From NCBI GenBank assembly GCA_048213135.1, contig PS015065.1:20863-77554 (forward strand): a DNA stretch of 56,692 nt, written 5' to 3'. Position numbers and translations under genes: made by a program. The notes beneath the pieces were generated by a model. The model ran no database searches. It was not told where the DNA came from and worked only from the letters and a program-made list of their open reading frames with translations. Positions within the stretch are counted from its first letter, which is position 1, and each line of letters starts with the position of its first letter. The DNA is from Reclinomonas americana ATCC 50394. Its lineage: Eukaryota. Below are positions 30,820 through 43,528 of the stretch, one piece after another.

Positions 30820-31350
30820 GAGAGACGGAGAGGAGATGTGGAGTGGACTTGAAAGACGTATCATCACATTCGTGTGAGCAATCGCGGTGACACCTGAAAA
30901 GCATTGAGAGAGAGGGAGAAAGGAAGAGATCGTTCATCGGCGGTGAAGGGGAGAAACACAAACGAGAGAAAACATACCACGGGAGATGGTGCGAGCGAAA
31001 GAGGCAAAGAGCATCGCGAACGAGCAAGCGTGTGGGACGTGGTGTTGTTGTTTGCGTCCTACTCGTCCAACAGTCATCAGTCTTCCCTTTCAGGAGATCC
31101 AGCTGCGATCGTCCTTGCTGTGCCGGCTCTTGCAAGCGACAGTGATCTCGCCTACTGCGTGTGTGCCACGTGAAGCGCAGGAGTGTGTGGGTCTGTGTGA
31201 GAAAGTGACATTTCTCCGCTGAGTTCTCCGCCAGAGTGCATTCTGGCAACTCGCAGTGGATCATCGTCTCTCTCTTTCTCTCTCTCTCTCTTGCTTGCAT
31301 TCTGTTGCTCTCTGATGATGATAGTGTGCAGCTTCGTCCTTGGAGCTGAC

Positions 31351-34300
31351 ATGGAGGTCGTGCCCCAGCCGACGGCTGCAGTCACCTCCTATTCTGCTGC
31401 AGGTTTGCACGACTGAGTAATCTTGGAGTCCGTTGCGAATGATGCCAAGCGTGGATGATGTGCGCAGACAGCCGTCATTCACCATCACCGCTCATCGCTC
31501 GCACCGTGAATCCTGTGACCACATTCCGCTTCCCGAGTCGGCGTGCGCTGGCCGCCACATTCGCCACACGCATTGCGGATGCTGTGGAAGGTTGGTGTTT
31601 CTTTTCTGCCTTCGCAGCGTTTGTGTGTCGCATGGTGATGATGCTTCTTGCGCAGCACATCAGCCAATCATGGTGGTTCTGACGGGCGCCGGTGGCACCG
31701 GCAAATCGTTCCTGGCCGAGTTGCTGGTGACCGAGCTGCAAGACACTCGGCGATGGAGCGGATCGGCCGTGTCGGTGGAGATGCGCGGTCATGTGGGGGA
31801 TGCGGGGGAACATGTAAAGGTGAGACTGAAATGCGTGTTTGGCTGCGTGTACTTTGCTTGCCCTTCCTCATCACAGCGCAGGCGGAGAGTGCAGTGAGCC
31901 AGTGCCTTCGGTCATTCGTAGCCGCGCAGATGCGCGTGGACGAAGCAGAGGGACGGCGCATGGCCACGCAAGTGGACGCGCTGCTGGCGAGTGGTGAACT
32001 GAACGCGGCACACCGTCTCTTGTGCCAGCTAATGCACGCGTCGAGTGGAGTGCTGGTGTTGGACAGTGTGGGATCGGTGGAGCAAGTGATGGATGTCGTG
32101 CGAGTGGGAGGTGTGGATGGTGAGTCACTCCAGATTCTCCTCTCCTTCCTTTCTTTCCAGTGTTGCTTGGTACTGATTTTCTGCGTGCTCCAGACGAGTG
32201 CGTGGCCCCGATCGTGGTGGTGACTAGTCGACATGGACGAGTGGCCGATGAGATCCGTGGTGATTTGCTGGCGCAAGCAGTTGAAGTGGAGTGTGTGCCA
32301 GTGGCGAGCGTGGAGAATGAGGATATTGAGCAGGTCGTGGAGGAGCGACTGTGCGATGTCGTGGCAGCTGATGTGCGTCGGCGGATCGTACGGGTGCTCA
32401 AGGGTGGAGAGCAGCAGGCAAAGAGTGCGCTGCGAGTAAGTACCTGTGTCGGGTGAGTGACTGCTTGCATGCGATTCGCGAAGGATTATTCATTGGGTCC
32501 TTCTGTGCTGTTTGTGACACAGCTGGCTGCTGTCACAGTCACCTGCAGAGTTGGCGCGAGCGCCACTGGAGGAGGTGCTCAGTGCCGTCGGTGGCGAAGC
32601 ACTGTCGCAGCTACTGGAACACAATGTGATGGCGCAGACGGCGATGGCACGTCGCCTGTTGGTGCTGATGACGGCATGCAAAGGCCTCGGGCTACCAGTG
32701 ACAACGACCCTCGCACGAGTGGCTGTGCGCTTGCTGCGAGTGATTCCTGATCTGACGGCGGATGCCGCCGACATGGCAGTGGAGATCGAAGAGGCCTCTG
32801 CAAGTCGACTGGTGACATTGAGTCGACTTGTACGCCGACTGCGGCTGCATGAGCTGGCAGGGGAGAGGCGACGACGAGCACCTGATTTTGTGGGCGAGCG
32901 ACTGCAGTTTGACGAGATGAGCGAGGAGGAGGAGCAGCGAGCTCGCGCCCAGCTCGACGAGTTGGTGGTGGGTGGTGGTGCGGACGACAGCAGAAGCGAG
33001 GATGTGGAGCATGTGCTGGCCAGCTTGGGCGTGTCACATTTGACGACGGCGCGAGTCGGCAGTTGCATGGACAGTGTGGCGCACGTGCTGTGCGGGTGGC
33101 ACGTGCGAGAAGGCAACGAGGTGACAGAGTATCGTGTACACGACGAGATTGCCGCATGGATGGTGGAACGGTGCGGAGACGCGGTGTTGTGGACGCAGCG
33201 ACAAATGGTGCGGCTGGTGTGTGGCTTGCTAAACAGCGTTGACTTTCAGAACGACAGCGACGGTGTGTTGTTGGTGTCACGTGAACTGCTGTGTGTGTTG
33301 CACGCCGTGTGGCGACAGTTGAGTGCTGACGATGGCATGTGGACGTGCGAAGCAGTCGGCGTGCACACGGCGCTGGTGCAGTGTGGGGCGCTGGAGTGGA
33401 TCAGTGAGCAGATTGTGAGAGGCGACCTTCCCTCACGTGGTTTCGACGTGGCACTGGCTTGGACGCTGGTACAACACATGAGAGAGGCAAAGCCGCCGCC
33501 GTGTGCGCTCGGTGCTGCTGCAGCGTGGCAATTACTGCTGATCGTGAAAGCGAGGTGTAGGGCATTGTTGATGGATATCCTCGGCCAATGGAATGACGTG
33601 CGTTCCGCGTGGCAATTGGTGCATGATCTGTGCGAAACATGGAAGAGGGAGCGAGGTGACGAGATGACGGCGCTGGACGTCATAGACACACTGCGCAGCT
33701 TGATGCGCTTTGCATACTACCTTGACAGTCTACCGCGGTTGACTGAGTGCCATGAGCGGCAGTGTGCGACGTTGGGCGAGAGCCACCCAGACTCATTAGC
33801 CACGCTGTTTTGGCAGGCGCGGTACCACTACAACCACGAGTGCTACGCAGATGCTGAAGCGCTCTATCGAAAGTGCTGGGAGTTGCGACGGCGCATTCAC
33901 GGAGTATATCACCCCGATACTCTGCTGTCGATGGGCAATTGCACCGCGTGTATCCAAGACGCGAGTCGCTTGGACGAGAGAATTCGGCTTGAACGCGAGT
34001 GTCTGTCGCTGAGTCGGATGGCGTTGGGAGTGCGGCATCCAAGCACGCTTCTGTTGATGAGCAATCTGGCTGTGCCGCTCCAGCAGCAGGGCACAGTGCA
34101 AGCACTCGCTGATGCTGCTGAATTGTGTCGCGAGTGCTTGGTGGCGCGTCGCGAGCTTTTGGGTGACAGGCATACCGACACTCTGGGGGTGTTGTGCAAC
34201 TATGGCACTGTTCTTGTGACGCAGTGTCGGTGGGCGGAGGCAGAGACAGTGCTGGTGGAGTGCGTGGATGGTTATCGGGCGGTGCTGGGGGACCGCGATC

Positions 34301-34425
34301 CGTGTACGATGACTGCGTTGCGATGGTTGTACGAGTGTCGAGGTCGGCGGTCGCGAGAGCAAGATCGGCAGCAGAGTGGATCGGAGGACAGCTCGCCAGC
34401 GGAGGGCGGTTGCTGTGTGTTGTGA
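31351..34425 (+). CDS. STAND-class NTPase with C-terminal kinesin-light-chain-type TPRs and a CaaX terminus (NLR-like); start uncertain
   Basis: VVLTGAGGTGKS (Walker A), VLVLDSV (Walker B), VVVTSR, YRVHDEI (MHD-like); five repeats of LGxxHPxT type; ends GGCCVL*. Confidence 0.75.
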
Positions 34426-34619
34426 CAATTATCAATCGCATCTTGTGGAGAAACGTGAACTGTATGGCGTGCAGCTGGAGGTCCGATTGCCGAGTTGTGG
34501 ATTGAGAATCCAATTTTCAAGCGCCTTTCTACAAACCCACTTTGTTGATCTTGACAACCTCACACGCTCGTGCACCCCCGACGGGCACACCAGCGCGCTC
34601 GGCTGAGAGCGTGAACATC

Positions 34620-36955
34620 ATGGCCACGGAAGCCAGCATGCCAGGTGAGCCAGTGAGTGAGCGCGTGATGCATATCTTTGTGGAGTGTGTGGCGTAGGGG
34701 TTGGCACACAGCATTCACAAAGAACTTTCTCTGTGTACTGCATGAGGGCCGCGTGTGCTTGTGCATGCGTTGCCGTATTCGACTTGTGATTTGTGTAATG
34801 TGAGACAGAGAGTGTGCGTGTGGGTGAGAGAGAGAGAGGGACTTCACCACTGCGTTCACTGCTTTGTGCGTGTCAGTGTGTCGCACACACGTTGGCAGAC
34901 TTGTGATTTAGATCTTTATGATTGTGAGTGCATTCATCATCACTTTACATAACGCAGTTGTCGCAGATGAAATGCCGGAGAACGATGATGACGTCCGCAC
35001 ATTGGAGGAAGCGGAGCAACGCGAGGAACTTCTACTAGATGTCGCCAGTCGCGCTAGGAGGGCTGGCAACAACATCTTGGCCTCGAACTGTTTCGCACGC
35101 GTAGCGGCGCTTAGTCGCTTGATCACCGTCCTGAAAGCCACTCCGAATGGTGAGCAGAATTCTCTTTCATGCACGTGAGTTAGTGGTGTATGATTTGGCT
35201 CATCCACAGAGAGAGAGGCAACATCACTGCATTCACTGTCGATGCGTGTCTGTCTTTGTCGACGAAAAGTCGTATTTCCCGTCAGAAGTTTCTGGTTTCC
35301 TTACAAAAGTCGTATGTCGCAGAATTGCCGGAGAACGATGATGACGTCCGCACGCTGGAGGGAGCGATGCAGCGCACGACGCTTCTATCTGATGTCGCCG
35401 GTCGTGCTATGGAGGCTGGCAACAACATCCTGGCTGCGAACTGTTTCGCACGCATGTCTGCGCTCAACTACTTAATCAACGTCCTGAAAGCCACTCAGAC
35501 TGTCTCTGCTGGTGAGCCTAATTCTCTTTCGTGTTCGTGAATTGATGCTGTACATTTGATTGAGCTCATGCTGCGGAGTGCAGACGATGGTGACATTGAC
35601 GACGTGCAATCGAGCGAGGTGGCAATCGTCTGGCAGTCGCGTCGCCGTGCAGATCGCGCGCAGCGATGCATTCTTGCCGTGGTGCAATACATGGCACTCT
35701 GCGACGACCGCAGCGGTGACAACATCTTCTCTGACGAGGCACTGGCACGCGTGATGGAAGGTGTAAGTGTGTGTGCGAGTGGCACGTCGCAGCTTATCGT
35801 GTTAACACGAGCATGCTTCAGCGTTCTGTGTATCTCTCCGACGCGATGTGTATGAGCTAAAGCCTGTGTTGCACGGCCTGCTGTTGCCGACGGTGGCACC
35901 TGCGGTGGTGATGGATCGGGTCCGCACCATTCGCCGCCAGGTGAGCGAGGAATCACGAGAGTGGACTGTTGACATGGAACGGTGAGTTTTCTCCCCATGT
36001 GATGAGAAAAGTGGCTGATGATCCACTGTGTCTTTCTTTACGCGTGATCGTTGCTGCGTGTGATCGTGTGCATACGTAACAATGTCTATGCATCGTATCT
36101 TTTGTGTTTCATTATCAATCTCCTTTTCCGTGTGTGTTTTTGTGCTTGTTGCTTTGCAGTGCACTGCGGGCATGGAAGCATGGCTGTGCGGTTGTCACCG
36201 CTGCAGCGACCACCTATCCGCAACGCGGTGCGTGACAAATGTCATCGTGCACTGACTGCCGTCGTGCTCATAACACCGTGACATCAATCGCAGTGTTTTC
36301 CATGTCTGAGATCGGTGTGGGAGTGTTCCACTGGTATCCCACCGTCGGCGCCATGCTGCAGTCGCTGCTTTGTGAGAACAGGGTTCTGCGCATTGACAGC
36401 GGTGCGTGGCAGTCCACGTATTGTTTCGTGCAGCGTTGCTGATAATACATGCAGCGAACTGTGCCCGCGCAGGCTTGCAGGTGGTGGCCTTGTCGCCCGA
36501 AGAAGAGGTCGTGGCACCCGTGCTCTTCATCGAGTGCAAGGCCGGTGCGACGTACCGCTCCAGGTGAGACAAACTCTCGCTGCGGAGAGGCCTAGGGATC
36601 TGCTGCGACCGCTATTGTTGATCGAGCCTCTGTCTCTTACGCTCTCTCGCACGCGCACTGCTATTTCCATTCACTCTGAGTATCTTGTGCTCTCTCTCTC
36701 TTGTATCAAGACTTGGTCTCTCATTCTCTCCCACTCGTGCAGTCTTGCCTACTTTCTCGACACTTTTTTTCTCTCTCTCTCTCGCGCGCGGTTTATCACA
36801 TATTCACTATGTGTGTCTCGTGCTGCGTTTATCATCTGTGCCTTGTCTTCATCTTAATCTCTCATTCTCCTCCACTCGCGCTCACACTCCTTTACCTTCT
36901 TTCTCGACACTTCTTTCTTTCTCTCTCACGCTTTATCACATTTTCAGGTCTTCAC

Positions 36956-36988
<33 letters not shown>

Positions 36989-38867
36989 CTGTCTCTCTCT
37001 CTCTCTCTCTTTCGTGTTTGTTATGACTGAGCCGTTCCTTTTACCTTAATCTCTCATTCTCTCCCACTCATGCTCACACTCTTGCACCTTGTACTCTCTC
37101 TCTCTCTCATACGCGGCCCACGCAGTCATCGCTCCGGCACGGTGAGCGACGAGCATGGCGACCGTGTACGGTCAGCAAACGTCGACTTCTTTCGAGGAGA
37201 ATACATGCCGAGAGATATTCCTCTCCTGGAGAACTTGCCGGCAGTGGAAGAAACAATGCCTGTGCGTGGAACAACAACAACTGCCGACGATGGCAGTGGC
37301 ACTCAGAATGCAGCCCTCCGATCGACGATGCTTTGCGTTCTCTCTCGCCATCCGGACCTGCACAAGTCGATGCACCAGGCTTGTAGGAACTGGTGGATGC
37401 TGGCGGCGCACATGGATCGCCGTAGGTGGCCGTCGTTGATGACCGCCTTCTGTCTGACCACCGAGTGGTCAATGTCGCTGTTCGTGGTCACACATGGTGC
37501 CAGTGATGTGGAGCGACTGGAGACGCTGCCGTTTGCTTGGTTGCCGTCGCCGTCATCGGCGGTGATGCGGGAGATGAACGCCGCTCGCGAGTGTCTGCCA
37601 CAGCTGAACATCTCGATTGTCGGCATGTGGAACATGACGCCACAGGGCGACTACCCACCAACAGTGCAGGTCGACTTTTGTGGACGCCAATGTGAGTTGC
37701 TGATTGCACGCACTGTTGTGGCTCATGTGCGAAGACCGTATGACAGCTGTGCGTGTGTGTGTGCACAGTTGGGGATCGAGAGTCGATGTTTGCGGCCCTT
37801 GCCGGTGTGGTGACCTTGTGTAGGGAGGGTGTGACGGATCTGCAGTCTTCACCCGACCACCACATTCTGGAGGCACTGAAGAAAGAAGAAGGTGAGACAC
37901 TCACAAGGAGAGTCGCCTCTGCTGGTGAACTGCTTTCATCACTTGACTCGTTTGTTGATGACACAGAGAGTGCTGAGACTCCGAGGCCGCCTGCGGTTAC
38001 TGCTGCAAACCGGGAGCAGCAGCCTTCATTCGGCACTACGATGTTCGTAAAGAGCTGCCACTCGTGGCGCGAAGCGAGCCGAGAGATGCGTGTGCTGGAA
38101 GAGCTGCGACGCACAGCGTCGCCGGCCGTGCAACTGCGGCTGCCGACACCGATTCGTGTGGACGAAGCGGACTTGTGGTTGCAGCTGCTGCCGAACGATC
38201 ACGTGCACACCATCGAGGATCTGCGGATCGTGGTACGCGATGTGGCGACGGCGCTGCACCATGCACACACCAACGGGTGGGCACACTTGGATGTGAAGCC
38301 GGCCAACATCATGTACAGTCGACACGAGGTGGCGACACTGATCGACTGGGATCTGGCGCGGTCGCTGCGTGATCGGCAGCGCGGATCAGAGTGGATCGGA
38401 ACGCGCCGGTTCATGGTGAGTGGTGAAGGTGTGTTGGGTGCGACACAAAACTCATTGCATGGTCGATCGCAGTCTCCGGAGGCGATCGGCGTCGATCCGT
38501 TTGAGGAGAGCAACTTCCCACCGGGCGGCAAGGCGGACATGTGGAGTCTGGGAGCGACGATTGCCTGTTACATGGTGGACGAGTTCGGCGTCGTGGTCGA
38601 CCCGTTGTGTCACCCGATCGAGCAGGCGGCTGCGGCTGTGGAGGCGGTGCGGGAGTGTGCGCAGGCGCACCCGGGCGAAGACGGATACGCGGAAGTGGTG
38701 GAGCTTGTGGAGTGGCTGATGGAGTTCTGGCCGGCGGACCGACCGACGGCGGAGCAGGTGTTGGAGCATCGCTTTTGTGCGAACGATGGCGAGGATGGCG
38801 AGGGCGAGGGTGGTGAANNNNNNNNNNNNNNNNNNNNGGCGGTGAGGGAGAAGTCGGTGCCGGGTGA
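34620..38867 (+). CDS. CR-type REase + protein kinase effector-like protein with duplicated N-terminal helical exons
   Basis: Spliced RIDSG..VLFIECK (PD-(D/E)XK); kinase motifs MFVK, AHLDVKPANI, LIDWDLA, GTRRFMSPE, DMWSLG, RPTAEQVLEH; a small gap near the 3' end. Confidence 0.7.
34961..35535 (+). repeat. Tandem exon duplication (exons 34967-35149 and 35323-35511, with flanking intron sequence)
   Basis: Both exons encode PENDDDVRTLE..LLxDVAxRAxxAGNNILAxNCFARxxAL..LIxVLKAT and are followed by gtgagc..aattctctttc. Confidence 0.9.
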
Positions 38868-38989
38868 AGGCGCATGTGCACACAAGTATGCCTCGCGAAC
38901 ATACTCGTACACTCACACATGTACGTGCAACCATTCCTGATCTGGAGCAGTGTATGATTCGTGCCCCTCGTTCATTTCTTCACGCTTCA

Positions 38990-40557
38990 TCACCGGAAGA
39001 CTCGGCGCCATCCCGTGCGCGCGTGAAGGGAGCCGTCCTTCACGGTGTTCTCGGCGGCGTACAGCCGCACGCTCCATCGGTAACGTGACTCCTGGGAGCA
39101 CAAGCCATGGTCCACGGCGGCGTCGACGAGATTGGCGAAGGTGGTGACGCAGCTGAGGACGTCGTCGGCATCGTATTCTTCGCGGTGTGAGGCCCAGTTG
39201 CGGCATTCGCGAGCGGCTTCGATGGCAGTGCGCTACAAAGAGGAGGAGAGTGAGGGGGTACAGTTTTACCGAAGGGAAGAAGAGCGAGAGAACACGCACG
39301 AGACTGGGTTTGCGCACGAGATCTTGCGTGACGCCGGGCTCGAGGGCGCCATTGGGCATTTTGAGCGACAGTAGAATGGAGGCCAGCGCGGAGAGATCAA
39401 AGGAACTCAGCGCCATCAGGTCTTGCTCCTGATCGGACTCGAGCAGACTCAAGCCACGCAGGAGCGCGACAGCAGAGGCAGCTTGCGAACGACGCGGCAT
39501 GCTGAGACAATTCACGCTAACATCGGTGAGATTCACGCGACCGTGCCGCTTCGGGTTGGAGAAGAACTTGCGAAGTCGGCAGAGGAGGATCTCCTGCATG
39601 CATGGCGTGCCGACAGTGTGCAAAGACCAGAACCAGGCTGCTGCGAAGCCCCTGTAAGTGGGGAGTCGGGAGAGAGGGATTGAGTGCAAGAGGACAGTCT
39701 TCAACGTTGACGGAACCCGTCATAACAACACACATTCGCGCTGTTTCGGCTGCGGGTGGTGCGCGTGGCAGTGTCGACAGCAGTGTGGCAGTGATGAGGA
39801 TATAACTGCGAGTATTACCAGGTCAGCACGTGCACAGAGAAGGTGGCGGCGCGAGGGAGGTAGAGACAGAGTGCAGCGAACACCAGATATATAGGGACAG
39901 ACAGAGTGAGAGACAGAGCGACAACCACACGTATACGTACTTCGGAAGGAAGAAGCAGAGTCGTTCCACGATGAACAGACAGGCCAGCTCGTTAGACGTG
40001 GCAATCGACTCCCAGTTCATGGCTGCCTGCTCGCCCGCCCAGCGTGAGAGCTCGTACGTGCACAAAGAGCGAGAGTGATTACACCCACCGGAATGTCAAT
40101 GATGGTCCAAGAGGCGGTGGCGCACAAGAGAAGCGTGGCGCAGCACAGGTGAATGAAGGGACGAAGGAGGAACTTGCCGCGACGACGGCTGGTGACAACC
40201 ATGTTGCGCAGTGTATTCCAGAAGCCATACGTGGCTAGCACACCGCANNNNNNNNNNNNNNNNNNNNNNNNNNNNNNNNNNNNNNNNNNNNNNNNNNNNN
40301 NNNNNNNNNNNNNNNNNNNNNNNNNNNNNNNNNNNNNNNNNNNNNNNNNNNNNNNNNNNNNNNNNNNNNNNNNNNNNNNNNNNNNNNNNNNNNNNNNNNC
40401 ACACACACACCGGCTGCCACCGCGTGCCATTGCTCCGATTGTGAATGTCCCTGTAAGAACCCGCCAGCGACAAGCAGTTGTCTGGCATCGACTCAGCTGT
40501 GGTGAGGTCAGCCAGCAGCTTCACCAGACTTCCCGGACGAGCCTCATGATGCACCAT
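38990..40557 (-). CDS. Transmembrane protein with C-terminal HEPN-like domain (paralog A); gap in the 5' part, start tentative
   Basis: Hydrophobic segments FIHLCCATLLLCATASWTII and LACLFIVERLCFFLPNYILITATLL; then TVGTPCMQEIL, FDLSALASIL, ARECRNWASH (39185-39202). Confidence 0.65.
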
Positions 40558-40979
40558 CACACTCTCCGCTCTCCCCCTGTGTGTGTGTTCGTGCGTGTGT
40601 GTGTCTGTGTGCACATGTGCAAGCCGCGGAAAGAAACTGGTGATTCGGACAAATCCGACGACACTACGAGTGTCGCGCTCGAGTGTACTTTTCCGGATTC
40701 CAGTGTCGAGGGGAGAGAGAACAAAGAAAAGGCCGCGCAGTTCGTTCTGCGTCTTTTTGCATGTCATACACCCGTCGAAGTCAACGCGTACTGCGGACAC
40801 TGCAAACTCGCATGCCGTGTTTGTTCCTGTCGCGTCAATACATACAGAAAGTCGGTTGCAGCAAGGGAGTCAGTGCGAGAACCAAAGCTGTCAGGTGTCG
40901 TCCTGTTTGTCTGGGAGAGCGCGTACATCGTTCGAATTCACCATTTGAAGTGCGCAATACTGTTTTTAATTCCAAGGAC

Positions 40980-43198
40980 ATGTCGCGCCAAAGCTGGTCG
41001 AGTGTGCTTCTCGTTGCACTCGTGGTGTTGCTGCTGGTCAGCAGAGGGGCGAACGCAGATCTGGAGTCGCACGCGTGTCAGGAAATTGCGGGATCGAGAA
41101 ACAATTCACTTCCGGTTGGTTGCGCTGTGCGCATGCCGCCGTGTTTTGAATTCTGTCTTGTGTGAGTCGCCTCATTCTCTCTCTCTCTCTCTGGTTGTGA
41201 CAGCTGATCTACATTGATGAGGGTGGTGGTGGTGTTGGGCTGGGAGGTTTGCGTGCATGCGAAGACGAATGCGCAGATTGTGTGTGTGAGAGAGCTCCTC
41301 ACACCTTCTGAGACGCAGGCATGGCAATTACCAACTTGGTCTGGCTGGGCATCAACATACTCATGGCCATCTTTTCGGTCTGCCTTCGTTGTCCCTGTCG
41401 CGATCCTCTGTGGTGCTGATGCGCAAGTGCACGCAGGTCACGCAATTGCATCAACGTGCCGTCACGCTGAAGAAGCGCTCCGGTGCGTGTGTCTCGTGCT
41501 GCTCATTGTTGCTTGCTTGCCTCCTCCTCCTCCTCTCTCTTTCTCTCTCTCTCTCTTTCTCTCTCTCTCNNNNNNNNNNNNNNNNNNNNNNNNNNNNNNN
41601 NNNNNNNNNNNNNNNNNNNNNNNNNNNNNNNNNNNNNNNNNNNNNNNNNNNNNNNNNNNNNNNNNNNNNNNNNNNNNNNNNNNNNNNNNNNNNNNNNNNN
41701 NNNNNNNNNNNNNNNNNNNNNNNNNNNNNNNNNNNNNNNNNNNNNNNNNNNNNNNNNNNNNNNNNNNNNNNNNNNNNNNNNNNNNNNNNNNNNNNNNNNN
41801 NNNNNNNNNNNNNNNNNNNNNNNNNNNNNNNNNNNNNNNNNNNNNNNNNNNNNNNNNNNNNNNNNNNNNNNNNNNNNNNNNNNNNNNNNNNNNNNNNNNN
41901 NNNNNNNNNNNNNNNNNNNNNNNNNNNNNNNNNNNNNNNNNNNNNNNNNNNNNNNNNNNNNNNNNNNNNNNNNNNNNNNNNNNNNNNNNNNNNNNNNNNN
42001 NNNNNNNNNNNNNNNNNNNNNNNNNNNNNNNNNNNNNNNNNNNNNNNNNNNNNNNCTCGTTCACTCACCCCCTCCTTCCCCCCATGACGTGGCCAAGTCG
42101 GCAGTCGGATGGATGGATGGCGCCAAGTCCGAGGTCCTGGCCTGCATCTTTGTGGTGGAGCGCCTGTGTTTCTTCCTGCCTGGGTACATTCTCATTACCC
42201 TCATGCTGCTCTCGACACTGCCGCCGGCACCACCACCGAATGTCATGGCGAAGATGTTGCGCGGGGTTTGCAGCGTGCAGATCTTGAGGAGGATGACTGA
42301 CGATTCACTCTGCGCGCAGGGCCAACATGATGACATGGCTGTGGTGTGTCAATGCGACGTGTGCGCCGTGCTTGCGACAAATACTGGTGTCGAGTCTGCG
42401 ACAGTTTGACAGGGAGCACCGAGACGCCGGTTTCCGCTTGCAGGATATTGACTTTGGGTCGGAGAGGTGCGTGGCGATCGCGTGGGAGAGATGGGAGAGG
42501 GGAAGTGTCTGATCGAAACGAGGCGTGAGTGCCTGCAGATTCATGGCAATGGAGAGTGGCCAGCGACGGCGGTTGCAGTTGCCTGTGGGCAATCTCACGG
42601 CGTTGTCGGCGTGCTTGCAAGAACTGACGCTTGGCGACTCGCCTGAGGCGAGGGCTGCGGACATGGAGACGCTGGAGGAGCTGGATATTACAACGTTGAG
42701 CACGGTGCTGCTGTACTTTTACTATCGGAGGGATGCGCAAGATGCGATGTCGGCGCAGGCATTGGTGGCGGATCCGCTGATCGTTACGCGGAGGGGGAGC
42801 GATGGTGGTCTTCCTAAAGCTTGCTGTCTCTCTCTCTCTCTCTCTCTCGCTGCTTGTCTTCTCACTCGCCCTGTTTTTTCTCGCGCGCCACTTATCCAGA
42901 TCCGCTGACTCACCACGCACCACCCGCCATGCAGAGACAAGCCATTGACGCCATACGTGTCTCGCGCAACGTGGTTCGCCATGCTACAGCGCTCTCCGTG
43001 GAGCACAATCAGTTGATTCAGTTCATCCGCAACTCGCACACGCTGGTGAACCTGGCCTTCACTCTGCATCTGTGCGAATTGGCGTGCAAGAATCGATGGA
43101 TGGCATGTCTGCACACGGCAGAGCTTGCGGTGCAGGAGACTGACGAGGATCAGGAGGAGGCGGTAGTGAGGCGGAAGGGGTGTGCGGAATGGTGCTGA
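40980..43198 (+). CDS. Signal-peptide + transmembrane protein with C-terminal HEPN-like domain (paralog B); gap 41570-42055
   Basis: MSRQSWSSVLLVALVVLLLVSRGANA; LVWLGINILMAIF; LACIFVVERLCFFLPGYILITLMLL; ATCAPCLRQIL, LDITTLSTVLL, IRVSRNVVRH (42965-42982). Confidence 0.65.
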
Positions 43199-43528
43199 AT
43201 TAGGGCGAAGGGGTTAACATGACAGATGGAGAATGTTGCTGTGTTTGTGTTTGCTTGTCACAAGTCGTGGTTTAGATTTCTCAGCAGAAACACCATTTTA
43301 GCAAGAGACATTTCGACATTTTCTCAGGTTTTTGAGATGCCTCAGTGTCTGGTGCTCGCTCAAGGTGGTGATCATCATACAGCTGTATTGCTGCTGGGAT
43401 TAATAAAACACCACATCTCGGCTTTGTGTTTTGTTTGCCTGGCTTGGCCTTTCCCGAATTCGATATGCCGTGTACGATCGATATCGCAGAAAACGCTATG
43501 CGTCTATGCAAGTGCTTCAATTCCACTG

